Part shown: positions 17,876 to 26,885 of the stretch, in pieces | How the letters are laid out: each line of letters starts with the position of its first letter | How positions within the stretch are numbered: the stretch's first letter is position 1 | IMG/VR virus record: IMGVR_UViG_3300029319_009270 | Coordinates: 26,545 to 90,544 of that record | Origin: a virus | Reading direction: 5' to 3' (one strand) | DNA length: 64,000 bases | Notes under the pieces: model-generated | Databases searched by the model: none | The model's input: the letters and a program-made list of their open reading frames with translations, nothing else | Told to the model about the DNA's origin: nothing | Made by a program: the position numbers and the translations under genes

Positions 17876-18790
17876 CTAAATTATAATATGCGCAGAATTA
17901 AAGTTTATTCTTATTCTACATTTCAAATTATTTAATCTTAATTGATTGTATACTTTACTACAAAGATAATACAAGAATTGAATATCGTATTTTAAAGTAT
18001 CTTTTGTATTAGATGATCTAAAAACAAAATTACAGTCAAATATTCTATTTCTTACTGTGAACTGCCCAAAAGAAATACAAGTATCAGAGCTGTACACAAA
18101 TCGTCTAGAAGCAGTATTTTCTTTTCTATTATGTTCATTATTCCCATTCAACTCATTTTCTATTTTGTTCTGAACTGATTTTAATATGCTTTGATAATAA
18201 TCTTTTTCGGGCTCGTATTCCAAAACTTTTAAATTAATATCTTTAAAATCGCAGTCGCTATAATAAGTTAGATTGATATGAGAAGCTTCTAAACTATCAT
18301 TTGCTGCCGCGAACATATTTACATAACCAGCAACATCTTGAATGCTGATGGCTTCTATCGTCATCAACTCTTTAATAACCGGTTCAACGTAAGAAAGCGT
18401 ATTATCATCTCTAATAACCATCACGTTTGGATACAGTCTTAATTCCTCAGCTGCTTCTTCAAACAATCTATAAACTTTTTTAAGGGTTGTTATGGTTTGT
18501 ATATCATCCCCTCTTTTGTTATAACGTCGTTCAATCTCGTCCCACGATGGTAAAAGTATAATAATACGATTGTTCAAGTTTTTAATTTCTGCATTAAGTC
18601 TTTCAACTTCAATAAAAGTATCGCGATCGTAAAGCTTTGCATAAACTAACATTGACAAAGCAGATCGATCTTGGATATTCCAACGATACTTAGAAATTTT
18701 ATGCAGCTGATTATAAAAAGAAGTCTTGCCAGACAAATCAGGGCCTTCTAAAATTAACTGACTTGTTGGGAAACAATTTGTTTTATTCAT
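17876..18790 (-). CDS. dNMP kinase fused to a minimal thymidylate-synthase (ThyA)/dCMP-hydroxymethylase-fold domain
   Basis: N-term LEGPDLSGKT P-loop and DRS; C-term SRR...DTCISFGQF...FRSSN...LKYDI...NSAHI; start at 18790 after GGAGG. Confidence 0.8.
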   Translation of the reverse strand: MNKTNCFPTSQLILEGPDLSGKTSFYNQLHKISKYRWNIQDRSALSMLVYAKLYDRDTFIEVERLNAEIKNLNNRIIILLPSWDEIERRYNKRGDDIQTITTLKKVYRLFEEAAEELRLYPNVMVIRDDNTLSYVEPVIKELMTIEAISIQDVAGYVNMFAAANDSLEASHINLTYYSDCDFKDINLKVLEYEPEKDYYQSILKSVQNKIENELNGNNEHNRKENTASRRFVYSSDTCISFGQFTVRNRIFDCNFVFRSSNTKDTLKYDIQFLYYLCSKVYNQLRLNNLKCRIRINFNSAHIII

Positions 18791-18807
18791 GTTACCTCCT
18801 AACACGT

Positions 18808-18836
18808 ATTATATAAAATGAATCAATATTATACAA
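18808..18836 (-). promoter_or_regulatory. Putative class-1 promoter TTGTAT-N17-TATAAT
   Basis: Exact TATAAT with 17-nt spacer upstream of the kinase-ThyA fusion. Confidence 0.65.
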
Positions 18837-18864
18837 CAAAAGATAATATTTTGAATCTACAAAG

Positions 18865-19530
18865 CTAGCTCACGTATTTCAATATTAATTCAGGCACTGA
18901 ATAATTGAACAACTCAAAATCTTTTTGATACAGATTGTAAAAATATTTTGTAACATCTGGCGAATATTCCCAGTCAGGTTGTATATCTTTATTAATTCTG
19001 GATTTATTCATGTGAGGTAGTTTTTGATTGCTGATGACGTCTTTGTCATTTAAAAACTTTATAACATTTTCAATTTCTTCAAATTTAAAAACTTTTGTTT
19101 TATCATCAACAAAATAATGTTGAGGCACCCAGTGATTATCGTCGAAACCCATTCCTAATTTAGGAACAAGATCTGTAAAAACTGCGTGCATATAATGAAT
19201 AATCCCATGAGGCGTTATTGAGTTTCTAGTAATCGTGGTTGTCTCTAGCTTTTCGTAACCTTTAATTACATAAAATATTTCTGACAACATTCTTTCTATG
19301 GGATTTCTAACGATCGTAAATGTAAATTCAATGTCTAGATCTGAATTCATTTTATTATACACGTCTTTCGTATGATGAGGATGCGCCTTAAAATAGTTTG
19401 ACTCTTTGGTAAAAAACCTTTTCTCATCTTTTTTCCAACCTGCACTTTGTATTAGTTTTCTTATAGAAGTACCTCCAGTTTTAGGTATGTGCACAAACTG
19501 TATTGTTCTGTTGTCTTTATAGAATATCAT
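18865..19530 (-). CDS. Sulfotransferase (Sulfotransfer_2-like)
   Basis: FVHIPKTGGTSI (5'-PSB loop), VRNPIERMLS (3'-PB) and HWVPQ; ATGA overlap with dnaE. Confidence 0.88.
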   Translation of the reverse strand: MIFYKDNRTIQFVHIPKTGGTSIRKLIQSAGWKKDEKRFFTKESNYFKAHPHHTKDVYNKMNSDLDIEFTFTIVRNPIERMLSEIFYVIKGYEKLETTTITRNSITPHGIIHYMHAVFTDLVPKLGMGFDDNHWVPQHYFVDDKTKVFKFEEIENVIKFLNDKDVISNQKLPHMNKSRINKDIQPDWEYSPDVTKYFYNLYQKDFELFNYSVPELILKYVS

Positions 19531-22500
19531 ACTACAAGCGGCCTAACTTTTGCTACGCTAGTGCTAGCACCCCAGTTTGGATCATTGTGTGCTGTACACA
19601 GCCATATCGAGTAAGGTTGCATTTCTCTAGGGGCACCACCCCACATTCTAAGCCAGCCCGTATTACTTTCATGATCAGTAATTTTAATTCTATAAAATGT
19701 TTTCTTATTTTTTGTAGTCTTTTTAATCATCTCAACAACACAATACCAGGCAACACCTTTTTCGTTAGACTCCATATTAAGAACTGACTTAACTCCGCTT
19801 TTCATGATTTTTTCCATTAATTCTTCGGGAAATGCCAGATCATCTCTTGTCGCAGAACACATGTCCTGATACATTTGCAATTTTTCAATACGATTCCAAT
19901 CATCTTGGTCTTTTGTTTCACTGATCAGTATAGGAAGCAAATCAGGTGCATTTTCTTTTTTTGCTTTCCTTACAGTCATTCCCCAGCGACTCTTTTTAAG
20001 TTTTTCATAATTGTCGATAATAATACTGTGTAACTGCTTGTGATGATCGATAGTACCATCCCACATCTCTTCTAAACAATCAAGTGCTTCAACTTTACAA
20101 AGAGCAGAAAAACCTGTTTTGTTTAATTTACTATGATACCACTTTCCATCTTCATTAAATAACATGCTATCAACCGATGTATAAGGTCGGTTAGCCATGA
20201 TTTCTTTTACAGCATTCTTTCCTAAACCTTTGATTGATGTCAAGGGTGGAATAAAAGCTTGCTTCTGCTCTGACCACGACCATGCTAGACCTGATTCATT
20301 GATGTCAGGTGTTGAAACTTCATAGCCCATTGCTTTAATTTCTGAAATTGCTTTTGAAAGATTTTTAGGATTGTTATTCTCAGATTCTAGAATAGTTCCT
20401 AACCAATCTGTTTCATAGTATGTATGAAGCCATGCAGCATAGTAAGATCCAATTGCATATGCCACAGCATGAGACTTATTAAATCCATAAACTGAAAAGA
20501 ATTCAATTCTTTGCCACAATTCTTCGCTTACATGTTCGGGTACGCCATTAATATCTTTTGCACCCTTAATAAACTTTTGTTTAGCTGCTTCTCGTTCATC
20601 ACCTTTTTTACCCATTGTATCAAGAGACTTTTTAACCAACGTCTTTCGAAGCTTATCAGATTCAGCAGGTGTAAACCCTCCAAGCTTTTGGGCTAAAATC
20701 ATGAACTGTTCTTGAAATGTTACGTGCCCAAATGTTGGACCAAGAACCTCCTTGATGATTGGGTGAGGATATTCAATCTCACTGGCTCGAGCTTTATCCT
20801 TTACATATTTCAAGTGAACATTCGCACGAAGAGGGCCAGGGCGATATATCGCTGTTAACGCTCCAAGCTCTTCAATAGAAGTAGGTTTAGCGTCCTCGCA
20901 GAATCGCCGAGCACCTTCTGCAGTAAACTGGAATACACCTACTTTTCTTCTTTGATGATAAACATGTTCCCAAACCTTCATATCATCTTGTTCAACGTAA
21001 CGACAATTTAAATGATCATCAAACCAATCTCGAATCTCGAGAAACGTTGGTTCTTTACCGTTTTCTTTTGTTAAAATACGTTTGATGCAATTTTCTACGT
21101 CTTTTAATAACGTAAGGCCAAGAAAGTCAAACTTAATAAATCCGTTATCCTCAAGATTACGAAAGTTCATGCCTTCTGTCCAGGGAGTTTGCAACTCACC
21201 CCGAACACCAATTATAGGCATACCTCGTGCCAGATCATCAGCTGGTCCAATAATCACACCACCTGCATGACGCCCAACTGATCTATTCTGCATAAAGAGA
21301 GCTTCGATATGATCCTTTACTTTCGGATATTTTTCCATAAACTCTCGATATTTTTTTGAATACTGCATACAGTCAGAATGCTTGAGCACAAAAACAGACT
21401 TTTCAGTATTTTCATCTCTTGCTTGTGCCATTACCTCATCTTGTAGGGGCCCAGTCATTTTGTTAACTTCAGCAAAGTCTATGCCGTAAAATTTAGATAT
21501 ATCCTTTACAAGCGACTTAAGTTTGAGCGTGTTAAAATTAGACACAGGAATGACAGCCTCATCACCGTAAAGATCTCGAGCGGCGTTAATTAATGCGTCA
21601 CGATCACCAGCATCAGAATCAATATCAGGCCAGGACGTCCTATGTCTACCTAGAAAACGTTCCCAAAGCAAATCATATTTCAAAGGATCAATTTGAGTAA
21701 TCCCTAGTAAGTAGTTGACAAGAGATCCACCACCGGAGCCTCGTGCAGCACCAAATAAGGTGTGATCGGCTGCTTTGTGAAACACTTCATACATTACAAG
21801 GAAGTAATTTTCAAATCCAAGAAATTTAATATCTTCAAGTTCGTGTTTAGCTCTTTCAACGTATTCTTTTTTCGTATGCAAATTTTCTTTAATCATTGCA
21901 TCTTTGACTTTCTTTGCTAGCTGTTGAAAAGCAGTTTCATTAGGCTTGTTAAAATCAGGTAGTTTAACACTAGTGTCAATCCAGCAATCATCACATTTTT
22001 CCCACGCAATATCATATGTTCTTTCGATTGAATCTTTAACAGTTTGTTCATAACCTTCATAAGTGTCTTTATATTCATCATAGTGACAAACAAACTCATC
22101 CCACATTTGTTGTGCATTTTTAGGATACAATTCACACTTTAAATCTTCAAACTCAGGCAGTGGTGAAGGATCATTACCCATCCAGCCTAACTTCTTATAA
22201 AGCTCTCTTGCTTCCCACTTATCAGGAGAATAGTAATGTGAGTCTGGTGTAGAAATACAATTAATTCCTGTTTGCGCTGAATGGCGCAGCAAATGGTGAT
22301 TTACAAGGTGTTGTTGTTTCAATCTGTTGAATTGCAGTTCAAGATAAAAATTTTCTTCACCCACTGCGTCAACAAAGCGATCAGAAAGATACATTAGTTC
22401 CTGTTGTATCTCCTCATCAGATTTTTTCATTGCATTTCCTCTCATAATCCTATTAGAGTAAATACCTCCTAAACACGCAGTTGAAACATTCAATCCACGC

Positions 22501-23039
22501 CCATGTTGTTTAAGTAAGTCAAAATCAATCCTTGGGTAACGATAGAATCCTTCTGTATAAGCTCTTTTAATTAAAGTAAACAGGTTACCTAATCCTTCAC
22601 GATTTTGTGCTGTTACAACAAGATGGTACCTTCTTTTCCACTCGTCTTTGCCTACAACGACAGTCTTTGTTTCTTCTTCATTTTCAATAACATGCCCGCC
22701 TTCTTCTTCTTCTTTTATTGCCTTTTGTTTGGCAGCAGCTCTATCTAACTTTGCTTGCTCGTAATCTGTTTTCCAGTCACTAAGTGAAGGAACAAAATAA
22801 AATTCGCAACCATAAATTTGACGATACTTTATTCCTTTCTTTTGCAGTTTTGTTGCGTGTTTGTGCGCGTGTGCTAACCCGGAACCGTTGCCGTGATCAG
22901 TTAAACCCCAAGCGTCCATTCCATTTTCTATAACAAAATCAATATGATCAGAAGGATATCCTAATCCATCAAACACAGAAAAACCTGTGTGTCCGTGTAA
23001 TCCAACAAATCTTTTAGGGGGCTTTATTAATAAACTCAT
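19527..23039 (-). CDS. dnaE: DNA polymerase III alpha subunit (C-family, DnaE-like)
   Basis: PHP motifs LHGHT.FS..DG, TDHG, GCEFY, DSHY; ARGSGGGSLV; PDIDSD catalytic triad; KFDFLGL; YGFNKSHA. Confidence 0.97.
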   Translation of the reverse strand: MSLLIKPPKRFVGLHGHTGFSVFDGLGYPSDHIDFVIENGMDAWGLTDHGNGSGLAHAHKHATKLQKKGIKYRQIYGCEFYFVPSLSDWKTDYEQAKLDRAAAKQKAIKEEEEGGHVIENEEETKTVVVGKDEWKRRYHLVVTAQNREGLGNLFTLIKRAYTEGFYRYPRIDFDLLKQHGRGLNVSTACLGGIYSNRIMRGNAMKKSDEEIQQELMYLSDRFVDAVGEENFYLELQFNRLKQQHLVNHHLLRHSAQTGINCISTPDSHYYSPDKWEARELYKKLGWMGNDPSPLPEFEDLKCELYPKNAQQMWDEFVCHYDEYKDTYEGYEQTVKDSIERTYDIAWEKCDDCWIDTSVKLPDFNKPNETAFQQLAKKVKDAMIKENLHTKKEYVERAKHELEDIKFLGFENYFLVMYEVFHKAADHTLFGAARGSGGGSLVNYLLGITQIDPLKYDLLWERFLGRHRTSWPDIDSDAGDRDALINAARDLYGDEAVIPVSNFNTLKLKSLVKDISKFYGIDFAEVNKMTGPLQDEVMAQARDENTEKSVFVLKHSDCMQYSKKYREFMEKYPKVKDHIEALFMQNRSVGRHAGGVIIGPADDLARGMPIIGVRGELQTPWTEGMNFRNLEDNGFIKFDFLGLTLLKDVENCIKRILTKENGKEPTFLEIRDWFDDHLNCRYVEQDDMKVWEHVYHQRRKVGVFQFTAEGARRFCEDAKPTSIEELGALTAIYRPGPLRANVHLKYVKDKARASEIEYPHPIIKEVLGPTFGHVTFQEQFMILAQKLGGFTPAESDKLRKTLVKKSLDTMGKKGDEREAAKQKFIKGAKDINGVPEHVSEELWQRIEFFSVYGFNKSHAVAYAIGSYYAAWLHTYYETDWLGTILESENNNPKNLSKAISEIKAMGYEVSTPDINESGLAWSWSEQKQAFIPPLTSIKGLGKNAVKEIMANRPYTSVDSMLFNEDGKWYHSKLNKTGFSALCKVEALDCLEEMWDGTIDHHKQLHSIIIDNYEKLKKSRWGMTVRKAKKENAPDLLPILISETKDQDDWNRIEKLQMYQDMCSATRDDLAFPEELMEKIMKSGVKSVLNMESNEKGVAWYCVVEMIKKTTKNKKTFYRIKITDHESNTGWLRMWGGAPREMQPYSIWLCTAHNDPNWGASTSVAKVRPLVV

Positions 23040-23070
23040 GTTACTCCTTGCAAATTAATTCCTTACACAT

Positions 23071-23099
23071 ATTATAATAATAATTTTCAATATTTACAT
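23071..23099 (-). promoter_or_regulatory. Putative class-1 promoter ATGTAA-N17-TATAAT for dnaE
   Basis: Motif and spacing. Confidence 0.65.
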
Positions 23100-23129
23100 G
23101 AGAACAGTAATACTATTAAAAATTGTATA

Positions 23130-24125
23130 TTAAATACTAGTCGGTGAGTTTGAAAATTTTATTTTTGTAATTGTTGGACACGACTCAGTTATTCTATCAG
23201 TAATATAAGTCGTCATTTCTGTCAAAGAATCAAATACTTTATGTTCATTATGATGCAATTTAAATAATTTAGCTGATTCGATGACATCTGTTTTTGATAA
23301 AACAATATGCGTTGTCCCAGTAAAATTAATTGCTTTTATCAGCTTGTTGAGATTGAGCCAGTTAACCTTTCTTCTTCTACCCGTTGTAACACCAAACTCA
23401 TGACCAAGATCTGCAATTTTCAGTAATTCAGGATCATTAAGTAAACTTTCAGGAAAGTCCGGATCAACTCCTGACCTAGTATCATAAACTTTCGCAGCTC
23501 CCCATATATTCCTTATCATCTGAATTGGAAATCCTAAGGAGCATGCTCCGTGTGGTAAGGTTGTACTAGAAGTAACATAAGGATAATTACCAAAATCTAC
23601 ATCCAGCCATATTCCTTGCGCACCTTCACAAAGAACTTTTCCGGAAAGATTCTCATCCCACATCATCCAGTAGGGTATAACGTCTTTAGCAAGAACCCCC
23701 TTGCGAGCCATTTTATCAGCGTAGCAAGGGGCTATTCCCTTTGATGTGGTTCCAAGTTTTTTTGCTAACTTTTCCGCATCTTCATCAATGTGAAGTCTGC
23801 TTACAATATGCGCTCTGGGTGAAACCTTAACTTTTGATATATCAAAACCGTTTTTCTCCAAATATCTAATTTCCGCCATAAGTGAATTCTCATGAACAAC
23901 GCAACCTGGCCCTATGACTGATGTTACACCATGAAAAACACCACTTGGTACTAAATGGGTTTTGTATTTTTTACCATCGACAAAAACAGTGTGTCCTGCA
24001 TTGTTACCACCAGCCCAACGACAAACAAAATCATATTCACCACTACCGGCTAATTCTGATGTAATTTTTCCTTTTGCCTCATCGCCCCAAGCTAATCCGC
24101 AAACAATATCTGCGTATTCAATCAT
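23130..24125 (-). CDS. purA: Adenylosuccinate synthetase, short form (PurA, not PurZ)
   Basis: WGDEAKG (catalytic Asp kept), GGNNAGHT, EGAQG, YPYVTSS, EFGVTTGRRR and SKTD GTP-specificity motif. Confidence 0.92.
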   Translation of the reverse strand: MIEYADIVCGLAWGDEAKGKITSELAGSGEYDFVCRWAGGNNAGHTVFVDGKKYKTHLVPSGVFHGVTSVIGPGCVVHENSLMAEIRYLEKNGFDISKVKVSPRAHIVSRLHIDEDAEKLAKKLGTTSKGIAPCYADKMARKGVLAKDVIPYWMMWDENLSGKVLCEGAQGIWLDVDFGNYPYVTSSTTLPHGACSLGFPIQMIRNIWGAAKVYDTRSGVDPDFPESLLNDPELLKIADLGHEFGVTTGRRRKVNWLNLNKLIKAINFTGTTHIVLSKTDVIESAKLFKLHHNEHKVFDSLTEMTTYITDRITESCPTITKIKFSNSPTSI

Positions 24126-24180
24126 AATATTCCTCTTGTTGGTTGGGGATTATATCGAATATTAAAAAACTATAAATTTA

Positions 24181-24852
24181 TTATTCGTACTTTCTGAGCC
24201 GCAACTCACCATTTTTTATAACAACATACGTACAATTAGAAACCCAATCCCCTGTGTTAACATATGTTTTTATGTTTTCATTTTTATCAACCCAAATAAG
24301 AACTTCAGGATTATGTGTGTGCCCCATAATAAAAACATCGCATTCATCGTTCCACTTAACTAAATCCCATATTCTTTTTAGCTTTCTTTTTTTAATTTGT
24401 TGTTTTGCCCACAACGTTGTTAAGTCTACCTTGAAAACTCTTTCAATTAAGTTCTGTACGTATGATATTAATTCAATAGTATACCGCCACTTTACAACAC
24501 CTTTATCGTATTGGTCTCCATGTTGGACTCTATATTTTCGGCCAGAATATTCAAAGTCATATTTTCTTGTAAAAAAGATACCCGCAACAGTCTTTCCTAC
24601 AAAATTATCAAAAGCATCGTCATGATTTCCAACTACATATATGATATTTTTACCTGAATTTAAAACTTCATTAAATATGTCCACAGTGTGCAGTGTAAAG
24701 TCGGGCTTTTTTAAAAATTCTAAAATGTCTCCGGCTAATATTAGTTCATCATATTCAATTGATTTTAAAAATTTTGACAGTTCCTTTTCTTTTGAGTAAG
24801 CACTCCCTAAATGCAAATCTGATATTACTAATCTTATGTAATCTTTTTTCAT
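24181..24852 (-). CDS. Calcineurin-like metallophosphoesterase (UDP-2,3-diacylglucosamine hydrolase-like)
   Basis: ISDLHLG, GDILE, VGNHD, HGDQYD, GHTH and NTGDW. Confidence 0.88.
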   Translation of the reverse strand: MKKDYIRLVISDLHLGSAYSKEKELSKFLKSIEYDELILAGDILEFLKKPDFTLHTVDIFNEVLNSGKNIIYVVGNHDDAFDNFVGKTVAGIFFTRKYDFEYSGRKYRVQHGDQYDKGVVKWRYTIELISYVQNLIERVFKVDLTTLWAKQQIKKRKLKRIWDLVKWNDECDVFIMGHTHNPEVLIWVDKNENIKTYVNTGDWVSNCTYVVIKNGELRLRKYE

Positions 24853-24898
24853 TTAAGTTGTGTACTCAATAATTTTCGATACTGATCCGTTAATTTAA

Positions 24899-25012
24899 TT
24901 ATTTCATTGATTGAATTAAATCAACGACATATTCATATGCAACTAAAAAAGTACAAATAGCAATAGGTATACCTACTACTAGACCTGTAATTATAAACAT
25001 TAAGTCTAACAT
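24899..25012 (-). CDS. Small single-TM membrane protein (37 aa), not in ORF track
   Basis: MLDLMFIITGLVVGIPIAICTFLVAYEYVVDLIQSMK; GAGAGG upstream; overlaps the stop of the upstream small ORF. Confidence 0.55.
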   Translation of the reverse strand: MLDLMFIITGLVVGIPIAICTFLVAYEYVVDLIQSMK

Positions 25013-25173
25013 CTATTACGCCTCTCACATATAACGATTAAAATACCTAAAATCAAACCGACAATTAAAGTCCACGGTTCAGGTTCGACTTGATTTGTTT
25101 GGCAACTAAAACCCCCAGATTCTTCTGCTAACTCAGAAGCTAAGTATATTTCGCCTGTATCGCCTGAATCCAC
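25006..25173 (-). CDS. 55-aa microprotein with a MYXO-CTERM-like sorting signal, not in ORF track
   Basis: GTG start after AAGGAAG; MDSGDTGEIYLASELAEESGGFSCQTNQVEPEPWTLIVGLILGILIVICERRNRC. Confidence 0.65.
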   Translation of the reverse strand: MDSGDTGEIYLASELAEESGGFSCQTNQVEPEPWTLIVGLILGILIVICERRNRC

Positions 25174-25192
25174 AGATTCTTCCTTTTAAAAA

Positions 25193-25268
25193 TGGAGCCA
25201 TTGATAGGATTCGAACCTACGACCGGACGCTTACAAAGCGTCTGCTCTACCAACTGAGCTACAATGGC
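25193..25268 (-). tRNA. tRNA-Thr(UGU), CCA encoded
   Basis: Cloverleaf GCCATTGTAGCTCAGTTGGTAGAGCA-GACGC-TTTGTAA-GCGTC...GGTTCGAATCC...ATGGCTCCA. Confidence 0.95.
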
Positions 25269-25277
25269 ACAAAAACA

Positions 25278-25589
25278 CTATTTGAAAATATTATTTAATT
25301 TATCTTCTAGCTGATCTATTTTTAGCATACCAATTTTTTCTTCTTTCGTAACACCATTTTTGATAAAAAATGTATGAGGAATTGATTTAATATTGAACTT
25401 TTTTAAAGTGGAGGGATCGCAAGTTTGAATATCTACGTAGAAAAAATTAATATCTGAATATTTGTTGCTAATACTATCAACTCTTTGCTTCATAACCTTG
25501 CAAGGATTACACCAACTAGCTGAAAATTGCAGATATACATTTCCATTTTGTGTATTTTTTTCAATATTCGCGTCATTAATTTCTTCCAT
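25278..25589 (-). CDS. Thioredoxin
   Basis: FSASWCNPCK active site and SIP cis-Pro loop. Confidence 0.9.
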   Translation of the reverse strand: MEEINDANIEKNTQNGNVYLQFSASWCNPCKVMKQRVDSISNKYSDINFFYVDIQTCDPSTLKKFNIKSIPHTFFIKNGVTKEEKIGMLKIDQLEDKLNNIFK

Positions 25590-25616
25590 GATTCTCTCCT
25601 ATTTTAAAGAATAATA

Positions 25617-25937
25617 TTATTTAAGGGTTTCAAATAGAGCCCTAAGCATTCCTGTTCTTGTTGTAATGTCTAGATCACTTCCTTTTTTAATAAAATATCT
25701 TCCCACTGTTAGCGGCCAATAAGCTGTCGCCCAAAGCAACATCATTTTTATTTCAAAAGAATGTTTTTGTAAAATTTCTTCTATATCTTGATCTTTAAAA
25801 TAATTACCTGATTTATTATTCAATTCTAAAATAACGCTTCTTTCATAATCCCAATTATGATATGACCAATACACTTTGTATTCGACAATCTGATGCATTA
25901 TTCCTAAACCTAAATAAATTCCTAATCCCAGTAACAT
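25617..25937 (-). CDS. Hypothetical membrane protein
   Basis: Two hydrophobic segments. Confidence 0.65.
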   Translation of the reverse strand: MLLGLGIYLGLGIMHQIVEYKVYWSYHNWDYERSVILELNNKSGNYFKDQDIEEILQKHSFEIKMMLLWATAYWPLTVGRYFIKKGSDLDITTRTGMLRALFETLK

Positions 25938-25960
25938 TTTACAATCCCTTTAAAAATAAG

Positions 25961-26037
25961 TGGTGGACCCTCAAGGACTTGAACCTTGGACCTGCCGATT
26001 ATGAGTCGGATGCTCTAACCAACTGAGCTAAGGGTCC
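25961..26037 (-). tRNA. tRNA with CAU anticodon, most likely tRNA-Ile2 (lysidine; reads AUA)
   Basis: GGACCCTTAGCTCAGTTGGTTAGAGCA...GACTCATAATCG...GGTTCAAGTCC...GGGTCCACCA; resembles bacterial Ile2 and lacks initiator features. Confidence 0.9.
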
Positions 26038-26045
26038 TAAAACTA

Positions 26046-26119
<74 letters not shown>

Positions 26120-26193
26120 AAAAGAGTACTCATCGCGTAAAATAAGTTACCATGAGTTCTGGTATTCACCTGAAGAATTCCAGCAATAATAAC

Positions 26194-26541
26194 TTAGTCA
26201 AGATAACAAACAGAGCGTCCAGTACCCCAACCTTTATGGTCGGCGTGTGTTGTATCGCCTGCCAGTGATGGGTCGGGCTGGAAAACAACTTTCACTTGTC
26301 TGTGAAGCGTCTGCTTACTACTAGGAATAAATCCTGTGATTCTGCCACCCATATAAGCATTACTAGTTCTAAATTCAGTAAGCGTAACTTGTTCGCCTAA
26401 CAACTCACGTTGTTTATCTTCACTTATTACCCAATCACCCGTTACAAAAGTACCTGTTGCAACGTTATATTCGTAGTCGTGCTTTTTGCACATTAGTGAA
26501 ATAGCTGGCTTGTTACGATTTACAAAATTAATACTTGACAT
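26194..26541 (-). CDS. Hypothetical protein
   Basis: 115-aa ORF with AAGGAG RBS and a class-1 promoter (26575-26603). Confidence 0.8.
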   Translation of the reverse strand: MSSINFVNRNKPAISLMCKKHDYEYNVATGTFVTGDWVISEDKQRELLGEQVTLTEFRTSNAYMGGRITGFIPSSKQTLHRQVKVVFQPDPSLAGDTTHADHKGWGTGRSVCYLD

Positions 26542-26604
26542 AAGTTATTTCTCCTTTTTAAATTATGTATTATTATTTTAACTTACAATATTGATTTTTA
26601 CAAA

Positions 26605-26835
26605 TTAAAAAGTATAAGTTTTTTCCAGTTTTTCAACAATTTGATCTAGCTGTGTTACAGCATCGCCTAGTTTCAATCGAGCTTTTACAGATCGAACTGC
26701 TTCCCGCAAAACTTTCGGATCAAACTGCTCCTTATAATCAGTGAACAAATCTTTCTTTTCTTCATTGAGAAGCTGAATCTCACCTTCAATGCGTTTCAGT
26801 TTCTCGATAAAATCTTGTAGTTGCTTATCATTCAT
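26605..26835 (-). CDS. GapR/DUF2312 (UPF0335)-like DNA-binding protein
   Basis: QLQDFIEKLKRIEGEIQLLNEEKKDLF...FDPKVLREAVR pattern. Confidence 0.75.
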   Translation of the reverse strand: MNDKQLQDFIEKLKRIEGEIQLLNEEKKDLFTDYKEQFDPKVLREAVRSVKARLKLGDAVTQLDQIVEKLEKTYTF

Positions 26836-26885
26836 ATTTCCTCCAGCTCTATAAACATAACATATTAACTTTAATTTTACAAAAC

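Noticed and set aside
23130-24125. PurZ / 2-aminoadenine (Z) genome
   Set aside because: The catalytic Asp is retained (WGDEAKG; PurZ has Ser), the TTGRRR loop and GTP-type KxD motif are PurA-like, and no DatZ HD-domain gene is seen
25961-26037. Initiator tRNA-fMet
   Set aside because: Paired 1:72 position and no three consecutive G-C pairs in the anticodon stem; fits Ile2 better
26120-26190. Possible structured ncRNA upstream of tRNA-Arg
   Set aside because: Only two short imperfect hairpins, with no tRNA or known ncRNA signature
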